From positions 70,609 to 134,608 of the forward strand of contig JAPOUT010000109.1 of NCBI GenBank assembly GCA_026708545.1: a DNA stretch of 64,000 bases, in the 5' to 3' direction. Each line of letters opens with the position of its first letter. Within the stretch, counting starts at the first letter, position 1. Position numbers and translations under genes: made by a program. Under the pieces are notes generated by a model. That model made no database searches. It was not told the DNA's origin and saw nothing but the letters and a program-made list of their open reading frames with translations. Origin of the DNA: Hyphomicrobiales bacterium. GTDB lineage: Bacteria > Pseudomonadota > Alphaproteobacteria > JAPOUT01. Below, piece by piece: positions 22,010-31,331 of the stretch.

Positions 22010-22972
22010 ATGGTTAAGACTGGGATAATGATTTGCGGGCACGGGAGTCGTGACGAAGATGCTGTGCACGAGTTTCACGCCTTGCAGAACGGGCTGGAAC
22101 GCTTGCTTCCCGAACATGACGTTGACAGCGGTTTTTTGGAGTTTGCGCGCCCGACCATTGGCGAGGGGCTTGATGCCTTGCGTCAGCGTGGTAACAAGGA
22201 TGTCGTTGCGTTGCCTGCGATGTTATTTGCCGCCGCGCATGCCAAGAACGACATCCCCGCCTTGCTGAACGATTACCAAGCATGCAATGATATCAATATC
22301 CGTTATGGCCGGGAGCTAGGTGTCACACCCGCCCTACTGCAAGCGGCAAGCGAGCGCATCATGGACGCTTTGGATAAAGTCGGCGATCACATCCCTCGCG
22401 AGAATACGTTGTTGTTGCTGGCTGGTCGTGGCGCATCCGATCCAGATGCCAATGCAAATGTCTCGAAGGTGATGCGTCTGTTATGGGAGGGTCTGGGGCT
22501 GGGCTGGGGCGAGGTCTGCTACTCCGGTGTGACTTTCCCGTTGACCGCGCCAGCGCTTGAGCACGCCGCTCGCATGGGATTCAAACGCATCGTGATATTC
22601 CCGTGGTTTTTGTTCACCGGTGTTTTAGTCAAGCGTATTTATGCAGCAGTGGATGAAGCCGCGCGCGCACATCCTAATATTGAGTTTGTTAAAGCGAAGT
22701 ATTTCTCCGACCATCCGCTTATCTTGCAAACGTTTCTCGAGCGCGCACAAGAGGTTGACAGCGGCGACAATGCCATGAACTGCCAGTTGTGCAAATACCG
22801 AGACAGCATGCCGGGTTTTGAGGCCGAAGTTGGACTGCCGCAAGAGAGTCACCACCATCACGTTGAGGGTATCGGCACCGGTGCGCACGCGCACGCGCAC
22901 GACCATTCGCATCGCCCTTCCTACCCTCACGCCAACCATCCTCTCGGACCCGCAAGTTTAAAAAAGGAATGA
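22010..22972 (+). CDS. cbiX: Long-form CbiX sirohydrochlorin chelatase
   Basis: GHGSRD, GFLEFARP, HAKNDIP, MNCQLCKYR and a His-rich tail (ESHHHHVEG). Confidence 0.92.
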   Translation: MVKTGIMICGHGSRDEDAVHEFHALQNGLERLLPEHDVDSGFLEFARPTIGEGLDALRQRGNKDVVALPAMLFAAAHAKNDIPALLNDYQACNDINIRYGRELGVTPALLQAASERIMDALDKVGDHIPRENTLLLLAGRGASDPDANANVSKVMRLLWEGLGLGWGEVCYSGVTFPLTAPALEHAARMGFKRIVIFPWFLFTGVLVKRIYAAVDEAARAHPNIEFVKAKYFSDHPLILQTFLERAQEVDSGDNAMNCQLCKYRDSMPGFEAEVGLPQESHHHHVEGIGTGAHAHAHDHSHRPSYPHANHPLGPASLKKE

Positions 22973-23601
22973 AATCCTCGTATACGCGCGCGCCCGAGGA
23001 GATATTGCGCCGCTCTTTCGCACAGGTTTCCGAAGCGTGCGACCTCGCGTGCTTGCCTGCTGACCTTCATGACGTTGCGTTGCGCTTGGTCCATGCGTGC
23101 GCGATGCCGGAAATTGTCGACCGACTTGCGTGGCGCGGTAACATCGGTGCAATCGGAAACGAGTTGCTCTCAAAAGGAACGCTGATACTCACCGACTGCC
23201 GCATGGCTGCGAGCGGAATCTCTCGCGCACGACGCTCCCGCATCGATTGTTTTCTTGATGCTGATGGCTGCAGCGCCTTCGCCCTTAGTGAAAACATGAC
23301 GCGCTCGGCTGCGGGCGTTTACCTGTGGCGAGATCGCATCGGCGGATCGATTGTTGCCATCGGTAACGCGCCGACAGCCTTATTTCAACTGCTTGAACTT
23401 ATCGAAGAAGGCATCGAACCACCCGCATTATTGTTGGCGTTTCCAATTGGTTTTGTCGGCGCGGCAGAATCGAAGCAGGCACTAGTCGAAAATGACGGTG
23501 ACTTTCCTTTTTGCAGTTTGCTTGGACGTTTCGGCGGTAGCGCATTGGCGGCAGCAGCGGTGAACGCCTTGGCGGATCCGACGAAGGCATCAACGGCATG
23601 A
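22969..23601 (+). CDS. cobH: Precorrin-8X methylmutase
   Basis: RLVHA, TRSAA, AIGNAPTALF, PIGFVGAAESK and GRFGGS. Confidence 0.94.
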   Translation: MKSSYTRAPEEILRRSFAQVSEACDLACLPADLHDVALRLVHACAMPEIVDRLAWRGNIGAIGNELLSKGTLILTDCRMAASGISRARRSRIDCFLDADGCSAFALSENMTRSAAGVYLWRDRIGGSIVAIGNAPTALFQLLELIEEGIEPPALLLAFPIGFVGAAESKQALVENDGDFPFCSLLGRFGGSALAAAAVNALADPTKASTA

Positions 23602-24830
23602 CTGCGCCACAGGCTTGGTTGACAATTGTCGGTATCGGTGACGACGGCTGGGACGGTTTGAGCGTGCACGCCAAAGACGCTGTTGAGCAATCCGGACGCA
23701 TCATCGGTTCCGTGCGACAGCTACGCCTACTTCCAAACTCGATAGTACAGCGCAGCGAGTCTTGGAGCGGCGATATCACCGCATTGCTCAAGAGTTTAAA
23801 ACGAGCGCGGAAAAAACACGGAACGATTTGCTTGCTAGCGAGCGGCGACCCGATGTGGCACGGTTTGGGAGCATCTTTGTCGACTCATTTGGATATGGAA
23901 GAATTTTGCGTGCTACCGGGAATCTCTTCTCGTTCTTGGGCGGCGGCCCGCTTGGGTTGGGCGTTGCAAGAAGTGATTTGTTTGAGTTTTCACAATCGAC
24001 CGGTGAATCTTTTACACTCGCACATCGCTCCGCGCACTCGGTTACTTTTACTTTCGCGCGACGGTAACACGCCTGGGATGGTCGCAAAACTATTATGCGA
24101 ACGCGGTTATGGTTCGAGTGCTATATGGGTGCTGGAGCATTTGGGAGGCGAGCATGAACGTATCCGCAAAACGAGAGCTGAAAATTTCGATATCATGGAT
24201 ATCGCTTCCCTTAATATGGTTGCGGTTGAAGTCAGTCAACACTGCGATAAGAACCACACGGCCCTATTTGGCCTTGCCGATGAGTTGTTCTTCCACGACG
24301 GTAACATCACCCGTCGGGACCTTCGCGCAATGGCACTAGCACGTTTGGCATGTCCCCCCGGAGCTTTGTTGTGGGATGTTGGGGCGGGGAGCGGCTCGTT
24401 GAGTGTGGAATGGATGCGTCTGCACCATGACAACCGCGCGATTGCAATTGAAGCACGCGAGGACCGCTGTCGTTTGATTGAATCCAACCGCGATGTTTTT
24501 GGCGTTCCCGAGTTGCGTATTTGCACGGGAACAGCACCGCAGATGTTCGAAAGTTTACCGACACCGAATGCGATTTTTGTGGGCGGAGGTGTTTCCGCCG
24601 ATGGCGTACTAACGGCAAGTTGGAATTCGTTGCGCACAGGAGGATGCATGGTTGCACATGCGGTTTCGGTGGAGGGTGAAGCTACATTAGTGAAATTTCG
24701 CCGAGAGGTCGGAGGTGAATTACTGCGTATCGGCTGCGAACGCCTTGACGCGCTTGGCAGCATGGAGGGTTGGCGGCCGCTTCGCTCGGTCGTAATGTTC
24801 TCGGCATATAAAAACGGAACACCAAAATGA
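23598..24830 (+). CDS. cobL: Precorrin-6Y C5,15-methyltransferase (CbiE-CbiT fusion)
   Basis: IVGIGDDG, LASGDPMWHGLG, AAARLGW, LWDVGAGSGS and IFVGGG. Confidence 0.93.
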   Translation: MTAPQAWLTIVGIGDDGWDGLSVHAKDAVEQSGRIIGSVRQLRLLPNSIVQRSESWSGDITALLKSLKRARKKHGTICLLASGDPMWHGLGASLSTHLDMEEFCVLPGISSRSWAAARLGWALQEVICLSFHNRPVNLLHSHIAPRTRLLLLSRDGNTPGMVAKLLCERGYGSSAIWVLEHLGGEHERIRKTRAENFDIMDIASLNMVAVEVSQHCDKNHTALFGLADELFFHDGNITRRDLRAMALARLACPPGALLWDVGAGSGSLSVEWMRLHHDNRAIAIEAREDRCRLIESNRDVFGVPELRICTGTAPQMFESLPTPNAIFVGGGVSADGVLTASWNSLRTGGCMVAHAVSVEGEATLVKFRREVGGELLRIGCERLDALGSMEGWRPLRSVVMFSAYKNGTPK

Positions 24831-25561
24831 TCGAAGGTACACTGTACGGCATCGGCGTTGGTCCGGGTGACCCGCAATTGATCACATTAAAGGCTCTGGA
24901 GTTACTGCGGCAAACTCCGGTAATTGCATATCCGGCACCGGAGCACGGCGAGAGTTTAACGCGTCGGATAGTTGCGCCGCACTTGGATGCTCGCAATGAT
25001 ACGTTCGAGGAGATTGCGCTGCGAATGCCGATAGAGAACTCACGTTTTCCGGCTCAAGAAGCCTATGACCTCGCCGAGATGTTGTTGAGCGATGGTTTAC
25101 GCAAGGGAAAGAATGTTGCTGTGCTGTGTGAAGGCGATCCTTTTTTATATGGATCGTTTATGTATTTGTTTGCGCGGATGGTCCGGAAGTTTCGTGTTGA
25201 GGTGGTCGCCGGGGTTTCATCAATAAATGCCTGCGCGGCGGCACTAGGAAAACCGTTGTGCGCACGGGATGACCGCGTGAGTGTGCTGCCGGCCGGCCTG
25301 CCGGAGGCGCGTTTGCTGGAATCGTTGCGTGCAAGCGAAACTTGTGTGTTGATTAAAGTTGGGCGCCATCTTGGAAAACTGCGAGAGATGCTACGTGGCG
25401 AGAAGTTATTGAAAAGCGCGAGCTATGTGGAATATGCGACGATGAACAAGCAACGGGTTTTACCGTTGGAGAAGTTCGAAGGGGATGTCGCACCGTATTT
25501 TTCGATGATATTGGTGCATCGCAGTGGTGAAGCTCGCGGCTTGTGGGAGGAAAAATCCTGA
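24827..25561 (+). CDS. cobI: Precorrin-2 C20-methyltransferase
   Basis: LYGIGVGPGDPQLITLKA, LCEGDPFLYGSF and PYFSMI. Confidence 0.94.
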   Translation: MIEGTLYGIGVGPGDPQLITLKALELLRQTPVIAYPAPEHGESLTRRIVAPHLDARNDTFEEIALRMPIENSRFPAQEAYDLAEMLLSDGLRKGKNVAVLCEGDPFLYGSFMYLFARMVRKFRVEVVAGVSSINACAAALGKPLCARDDRVSVLPAGLPEARLLESLRASETCVLIKVGRHLGKLREMLRGEKLLKSASYVEYATMNKQRVLPLEKFEGDVAPYFSMILVHRSGEARGLWEEKS

Positions 25562-27342
25562 TGCCAACGCCAGCCTTGATCGCCCTAACGCAGAAAGGCG
25601 CAACAACGGCGCAACGTTTATTGCAAATTTTTCCAGATGCAGAGATACACGCGCGCGAAGGTCGTGTCGCGGACGCGCATAGTTATTTCTCGAGCATTAA
25701 GGAGGTATTGCCCGTGCTGTTTGCGCGCGGCATTCCCATAGTTGCGTTTTGTTCAACTGGGATTATCATCCGCGCGCTTGCGCCAACATTAAACGAAAAG
25801 CATGCCGAGCCACCAGTATTAGCGCTAAGTGAGGACGGCAACCGAATCGTTCCGCTGCTAGGCGGACATCGAGGCGGTCATACGCTCGCACAAGAAATCG
25901 CTGAATATCTCGGAGGTTGGATTGCCTCGACCGGAGCGGGAGAAAATCGTTTTGGCGTGATGCTGGATGCGCCGCCTGTCGGCTACCACCTCTCGAACGC
26001 TTCAGATTATCCGGCGTTCGTTGCCCGGTTATTGCAACAAGAGGGCGTGCGCCTAGAACGAGACGATGACACCCCTCCTCCCCTGTGGTTAACGCAATCC
26101 CGTTTACCATGGAAGAAGACGGCAGAGATGTCAATTCACGTCACCCTTAAGGAAGGACAGGGAAGTTCGAAGCGGCTTGTCTACCATCCCCGAACACTGC
26201 TCCTGGGAATTGGTTGCGAGCGCGGCATTGATGCAGATGAATTGCTTGCGCTAGTGAACGGGGTATTGCGCCGTGAAAGTTTATCGCGTGATTCAATCGC
26301 GGCAATTGTGTCGGTGGATATAAAAATGGATGAGTCCGCATTGATTCACTTGGGGGAAATATTGGATGTTCCTGTTCGTTTTTTTTCCGTGGAGCAGCTG
26401 GAGCACGAGACTCCGCGCTTAAAGAATCCTTCGGAAGAGGTTTTTGCGGCAATTGGATGTCATGGCGTTGCCGAGGCGTCTGCGTTGGCGGGAGCCGGCG
26501 AAAGTGGTGTATTGTTAATTGAGAAAAACAAGAGTGCACGGGCAACTTGTGCGATTGCGAGGGCGGACAAACCGGTAGATATCGAAAATGTTGGGCGTAG
26601 ACGCGGCAATCTTGTGATTGTGGGCATGGGGCCGGGAGGTTCAGCGATGCGTTCGAAGGAAGCAGAACAATCGCTGGCAATGGCAAGTGACATTGTCGGC
26701 TACCATTTGTATTTGCGCTTGCTTAATCCTCTGACGAAAGGCAAGCGACTACACAGTTTTGAACTTGGAGAAGAACAAGCCCGCGCAAAAAAGGCATTGG
26801 AGCTAGCCGGGGACGGCCGCGACGTTGTGCTGGTATCTTCTGGGGATGCAGGAATTTATGCAATGGCATCGCCCTTGTTCGAGATTCTTGAAGCACACAG
26901 GAATCGTGGATTTACACTACGGGTTGTTCCGGGAATTTCGGCAATGCAGGCTGCGGCGGCGCGGAGCGGTGCGCCGCTCGGGCATGATTTTGCGGTGATT
27001 TCGCTTTCAGATTTGCTCACGCCCTGGGAACAGATAGAGAAACGTTTATCGGCGGCATTAGAGGGTGACTTTGTGATTGCCATGTATAATCCTGTTTCGA
27101 AACGCCGAGGCCATCGATTGACACGCGTGTTGGAATTATTACGCTCAACTCGCACCTTGACGACTCCCGTTGTGATTGCACGTAATCTTGGGCGTGAAAA
27201 CGAACGCGTTCGCATCGTTACATTGGAAGAAATCAACGTGGACGAGATTGACATGATGACTCTTCTGTTGATTGGTTCATCAAAAACTCGTTGTTTCGAC
27301 AACTGGGTTTATACACCGAGAGGATATTCGGAGGAAGTATGA
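25561..27342 (+). CDS. cobJ: CbiG-CobJ(CbiH) fusion protein
   Basis: N-terminal CbiG domains (GIIIR..AP, PLLGGH.G, GIGCER, GVAEASA); C-terminal methyltransferase (VSSGDAGIYAMA, APLGHDF..ISLSDLLTPW, YNP.S, TPRGY). Confidence 0.93.
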   Translation: MPTPALIALTQKGATTAQRLLQIFPDAEIHAREGRVADAHSYFSSIKEVLPVLFARGIPIVAFCSTGIIIRALAPTLNEKHAEPPVLALSEDGNRIVPLLGGHRGGHTLAQEIAEYLGGWIASTGAGENRFGVMLDAPPVGYHLSNASDYPAFVARLLQQEGVRLERDDDTPPPLWLTQSRLPWKKTAEMSIHVTLKEGQGSSKRLVYHPRTLLLGIGCERGIDADELLALVNGVLRRESLSRDSIAAIVSVDIKMDESALIHLGEILDVPVRFFSVEQLEHETPRLKNPSEEVFAAIGCHGVAEASALAGAGESGVLLIEKNKSARATCAIARADKPVDIENVGRRRGNLVIVGMGPGGSAMRSKEAEQSLAMASDIVGYHLYLRLLNPLTKGKRLHSFELGEEQARAKKALELAGDGRDVVLVSSGDAGIYAMASPLFEILEAHRNRGFTLRVVPGISAMQAAAARSGAPLGHDFAVISLSDLLTPWEQIEKRLSAALEGDFVIAMYNPVSKRRGHRLTRVLELLRSTRTLTTPVVIARNLGRENERVRIVTLEEINVDEIDMMTLLLIGSSKTRCFDNWVYTPRGYSEEV

Positions 27343-28139
27343 CGGTACATTTCATTGGAGCAGGACCGGGCGCTGCGGATTTACTGACTTTGCGGGCTAA
27401 AGATTTAATTGCCTCGGCCGAACTGGTTCTGTATGCGGGCTCACTGGTTCCTAAGGAGGTGCTTGCGCACGCGCGAACGGATGCGTGTGTGGTCGACAGC
27501 GCGCCTTTGACGCTCGACGAGATTATCGCACAGATGTCATCGGCACATGCAGAAGGCAAGGATGTTGCGCGAGTGCATTCCGGAGACCCGTCTTTGTATG
27601 GCGCGATTGGGGAACAGATGCGGCGCCTCCGCGCGCTGGGGATTAATTATGACGTGACACCCGGGGTTCCCGCATATGCAGCTGCCGCAGCGGCATTGTG
27701 CGTGGAGTTAACCTTACCGGATGTGAGTCAGAGTATTGTGCTAACCCGAACGCAAGGTAAGGCTTCAGCGATGCCGAAACGCGAGTCACTGGATATTTTT
27801 GCCGCTACAGGATCAACTTTGGCAATACATTTGTCCATTCGAAATTTGTCTAAAGTTTGCCGTACTCTCGAGCCTCATTACGGGAACAATTGCCCGACCG
27901 TAGTTGCGTATCGTGTTGGTTGGGAGGACGAAGCGTTTGTTCGCGGAACGCTGGAATCGATAGTTTCGCTTGTTCGTCCGTTGAAAATTACGCGCACAGC
28001 ATTGATATTGGTCGGACGCGTTTTAGAAGATGTGAATTTTTCGGACAGCCGTTTGTATGACGAAACGCACGTGCATGTGCTACGGCCGAAGCGGAAGCCT
28101 AACGCAGTTGCCCGGTCACCCAATCGAAAGCCTCGTTAA
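27339..28139 (+). CDS. cobM: Precorrin-4 C11-methyltransferase
   Basis: MTVHFIGAGPGAADLLTLR, YAGSLV, HSGDPSLYGAIGEQ and SRLYD. Confidence 0.95.
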   Translation: MTVHFIGAGPGAADLLTLRAKDLIASAELVLYAGSLVPKEVLAHARTDACVVDSAPLTLDEIIAQMSSAHAEGKDVARVHSGDPSLYGAIGEQMRRLRALGINYDVTPGVPAYAAAAAALCVELTLPDVSQSIVLTRTQGKASAMPKRESLDIFAATGSTLAIHLSIRNLSKVCRTLEPHYGNNCPTVVAYRVGWEDEAFVRGTLESIVSLVRPLKITRTALILVGRVLEDVNFSDSRLYDETHVHVLRPKRKPNAVARSPNRKPR

Positions 28140-28857
28140 CATTTTTAACTCGCGTGCCAGGGACAGGTGGAGGCGATGCGAGCATCCGTACGGGAATGCC
28201 TAATTCTCTTGCGGCATCGATTTTTGCGCGCATCGCATTACCGCCAGAGTTCTTACTCACCAACAACTCAATGTTCCACTTTTGCAGCAAAGCGCGCTCA
28301 TTTTTTAACTCGAAAGGTCCTCTCTCCAGCAACAACTCTCCCGAAGGAAAATGTTGTTTGAATGTCAGACCATCGGAGAAGCTTGACGCTTCGATGGACC
28401 GTACAAGAAAAAAAACATCTTGTCGTGTTATGAAAGCCTCTAATCCCCGCGATCCTATTGATACGAAAACCCTAGCACTTGGAGGCAGGCTCGTCGCTAT
28501 CTCTTCCAAAGAGCCGAATTGTTGCCACTCATCACCGGCTTGCGCCACCCAAGGTTCTCGATGCAATTGTGCACGGGGGATATTGCAGTTTTGAGCCGCC
28601 GCAGCGGCATTTCTCGAGATTTTCGTTGCATGGGGATGGGTTGCATCAAGCAACAAATCAATGCTGTTCTCCTGTAGGAAGCGTTCAAGTCCGGTAACAC
28701 CGCCGAATCCCCCTCTCCTAACATTTCCACCGACACGAACGGCCTTGTGTGTGCGCCCGGCAAGCGAGTAAAAAATTTCGAGTCCTTGGCATTTGTGCAG
28801 GTTTTGCGCGAGTTCCCGGGCCTCAATGGTTCCGCCCAAAAGGAGGAGACGTGTCAT
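28099..28857 (-). CDS. cobK: Precorrin-6A reductase
   Basis: LLLGGT.EA, SLAGRT, GGFGG, DATHP.A, KNSGG and AKIDAA. Confidence 0.94.
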   Translation of the reverse strand: MTRLLLLGGTIEARELAQNLHKCQGLEIFYSLAGRTHKAVRVGGNVRRGGFGGVTGLERFLQENSIDLLLDATHPHATKISRNAAAAAQNCNIPRAQLHREPWVAQAGDEWQQFGSLEEIATSLPPSARVFVSIGSRGLEAFITRQDVFFLVRSIEASSFSDGLTFKQHFPSGELLLERGPFELKNERALLQKWNIELLVSKNSGGNAMRAKIDAARELGIPVRMLASPPPVPGTRVKNVNEAFDWVTGQLR

Positions 28858-29906
28858 TCGGCGCGTCCGATGAGGATGCCGCTACGGTTAATAACGAGCA
28901 ATTCAACCGCGGTGCTTTCAGGCAGCATGGTGACGACGCGTTTATGTGCAGCAGATGCGATGGCATCGCCGATATTGAGGCCCTCGCACATAAGAAGCAC
29001 TTCGCCGATACTTTCGGCACCTTTGATGCGTTGTACAAGCGATTCACTCGCGCCAGCGTTTTTTGCCAACACCGCAAGGAAGTAGAAATCAATATTTGAA
29101 CGCCTCGAATGCAGGTCGTTTGCGCCGTTCGCAAGTTTAGAGATTTTGCCCGCACCACCGGCGATAGTAACGCGTTCAACCGGATGCTTACGCAGATATT
29201 TGAGAAAACCGCCGACAAAATCACCCATGTCGATGGTCGCCGTTTCATCAAGCCCGTGCTTGCGCAATAAAGCTTCGGAAAGTTTACCTGTTGCAGCTCC
29301 GATGTGTTGAATGCCTGCGGCTCGTGCTACATCAATGCCTTGCTGGATAGAGTGTATCCAAGCAGAACACGAGTAAGGGATAACAATGCCGGTTGTTCCA
29401 AGGATAGAGAGTCCGCCTTTAATTCCGAGTTTTGGATTCCAGGTTTTCTGCGCGAGTTCTTCACCCCCGGGTACGGCAATTTCGATAATAACGTCATCGC
29501 CACCTTCTCGTTTGATTGCGTTCTGAATCATTTGACGCGGTGCCGGGTTGATAGCGGGCTCCCCAACATCAAGTGGCAAACCCATGCGGGTAACGGTGCC
29601 GACGCCCTCGCCTGCTCGAAACGACACGCCCGAACCGGTCGCACCGTGCTCAACACTCACGACCACCATGGCTTGATGCGTGACATCCGGATCATCGCCT
29701 GCGTCCTTGATGATTCCCGCTGTGCAACGTTTGCCTTCACGTTGTTTGAGTGCAATGACAAAAACGGGGCGCTTGCCGTTGTCGAGTTCGATCTCGACCG
29801 AATCGGGAAAATTGCCACCCCGGAGCGCGCGGAAGGCTGCAACAGCGGCGGCGGTTGCACACGCCCCCGTGGTCCAACCGCGACGTAACCTTGTTTCATT
29901 TTTCAT
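28854..29906 (-). CDS. cbiD: Cobalt-precorrin-5B C1-methyltransferase
   Basis: LRRGWTTGACATAA, KDAGDDPDVTH, AINPAPR, LGIKGGLSILGTTG and DLHS. Confidence 0.96.
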   Translation of the reverse strand: MKNETRLRRGWTTGACATAAAVAAFRALRGGNFPDSVEIELDNGKRPVFVIALKQREGKRCTAGIIKDAGDDPDVTHQAMVVVSVEHGATGSGVSFRAGEGVGTVTRMGLPLDVGEPAINPAPRQMIQNAIKREGGDDVIIEIAVPGGEELAQKTWNPKLGIKGGLSILGTTGIVIPYSCSAWIHSIQQGIDVARAAGIQHIGAATGKLSEALLRKHGLDETATIDMGDFVGGFLKYLRKHPVERVTIAGGAGKISKLANGANDLHSRRSNIDFYFLAVLAKNAGASESLVQRIKGAESIGEVLLMCEGLNIGDAIASAAHKRVVTMLPESTAVELLVINRSGILIGRAE

Positions 29907-29969
29907 ATTTGCATTCTTGCATATTGTGTTGTGTCATTCCATTCTATCACTTTATTTCTGGAGGTTAAT

Positions 29970-31331
29970 ATTAGGAGATTTGCCCGCGGATTGATGATAG
30001 CCGCGCCCTGTTCGGGTGCCGGGAAGAGTTTGGTAACTCTGTGCCTGCTGTCCGGATTTGCGCGTCGGGGTGTAGCGCTTTCTTCCGTAAAAATCGGTCC
30101 CGATTACATTGATACAGCCTTTCACAGAGAGGCTAGCAGGGGCGTATGCGTTAACCTAGATGGCTGGGCGATGCGCGCAGGTGTATTGCGCGAGATGGCC
30201 GCATTTGCGTCAATGGACGCGGACCTGCTGCTTGCGGAAGGAGTTATGGGCCTGTTTGACGGTGCACGAGATGGCACCGGTTCGAGCGCCGATGTTGCAG
30301 CCGCAACAGGCTGGAATATTATATTGGTTGTGGACGGACGTGGCACGGGGCGTTCGATTGGTGCGTTACTGGAAGGTTTTGCAAACTTTCGCAAAGATGT
30401 TTGCGTAAGTGGGGTGCTGTTAAACCGTGTGCGTTCCCCATTACATCGAAAGCTTTTAGAGCAAGGTTGTCACGACGCCAACGTAGAAGTCTTGGGGGCA
30501 ATTCCAGAGGATGCTGGACTCCATCTGCCCCATCGACATTTGGGATTGGTTCAAGCTGCCGAACATCCCGACTTGAAAGCGTTGTTACGTCGAGGAGCGG
30601 ATATTGCCGAAAAACATGTCGATATGGAGCGCTTGCTGGCCTTGGCGGTCCCGTTGAAGAACGCCCCCTCTCCAAAACCCCATGCGCCGTTTTTGCCACC
30701 GGCACAACGTATTGCGGTTGCGAAAGACACTGCCTTTGCCTTTACTTATCCGGGTTGGTTTGCCGCATGGCGTGATGCAGGAGCCGAAATTTCTTTTTTT
30801 TCGCCTCTCAGTGATGAGTCTCCCTGCGAAAACTGTGACTTCATCTTTCTGCCAGGCGGCTATCCCGAACTCCATGCGGCGCAGATTGCAAGCGCATCAA
30901 ATTTCTTGGGTGGATTACGGTCAGCGCAGAAAAGAGGCGTGATGATTTACGGCGAATGCGGCGGTTATATTGTTCTCGGCAAAGGACTTACAGACGAACA
31001 CGGCGAGCGGCATGCGTTTGCCGGACTCTTACCTTTGGAAACTCGCTTTAAGGGAGAACGCACACTTGGTTACCGAAACGCCCGTTTGCTTGCGGACGGT
31101 TTCCTAGGTGCGAAGGGAAACAGTTTCCGTGGCCATGAGTTTCATTTTGTCGAGGAAAGAACCCGAACCAACGGCTTCCCTCCCCCGCTATTCGAGATCG
31201 CCCCGCCTGATTTTGCCGGAGAGGTAGTCACCATCTTTGACACCGGTATGCGTGCAGGCAAGGTGATGGGATCGTTCCTCCATCTTATCGATTGTCACGC
31301 TCCCTCCTTGACAGATGCGATTTTGCCATAG
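29970..31331 (+). CDS. cobB: Cobyrinate a,c-diamide synthase (start uncertain: 29931, 29970, 29991 or 29994)
   Basis: AAP.SG.GKS, KIGPDYID, EGVMGLFDG, RHLGLV, GGYPELHA, GECGG and GHEFH. Confidence 0.93.
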   Translation: MRRFARGLMIAAPCSGAGKSLVTLCLLSGFARRGVALSSVKIGPDYIDTAFHREASRGVCVNLDGWAMRAGVLREMAAFASMDADLLLAEGVMGLFDGARDGTGSSADVAAATGWNIILVVDGRGTGRSIGALLEGFANFRKDVCVSGVLLNRVRSPLHRKLLEQGCHDANVEVLGAIPEDAGLHLPHRHLGLVQAAEHPDLKALLRRGADIAEKHVDMERLLALAVPLKNAPSPKPHAPFLPPAQRIAVAKDTAFAFTYPGWFAAWRDAGAEISFFSPLSDESPCENCDFIFLPGGYPELHAAQIASASNFLGGLRSAQKRGVMIYGECGGYIVLGKGLTDEHGERHAFAGLLPLETRFKGERTLGYRNARLLADGFLGAKGNSFRGHEFHFVEERTRTNGFPPPLFEIAPPDFAGEVVTIFDTGMRAGKVMGSFLHLIDCHAPSLTDAILP

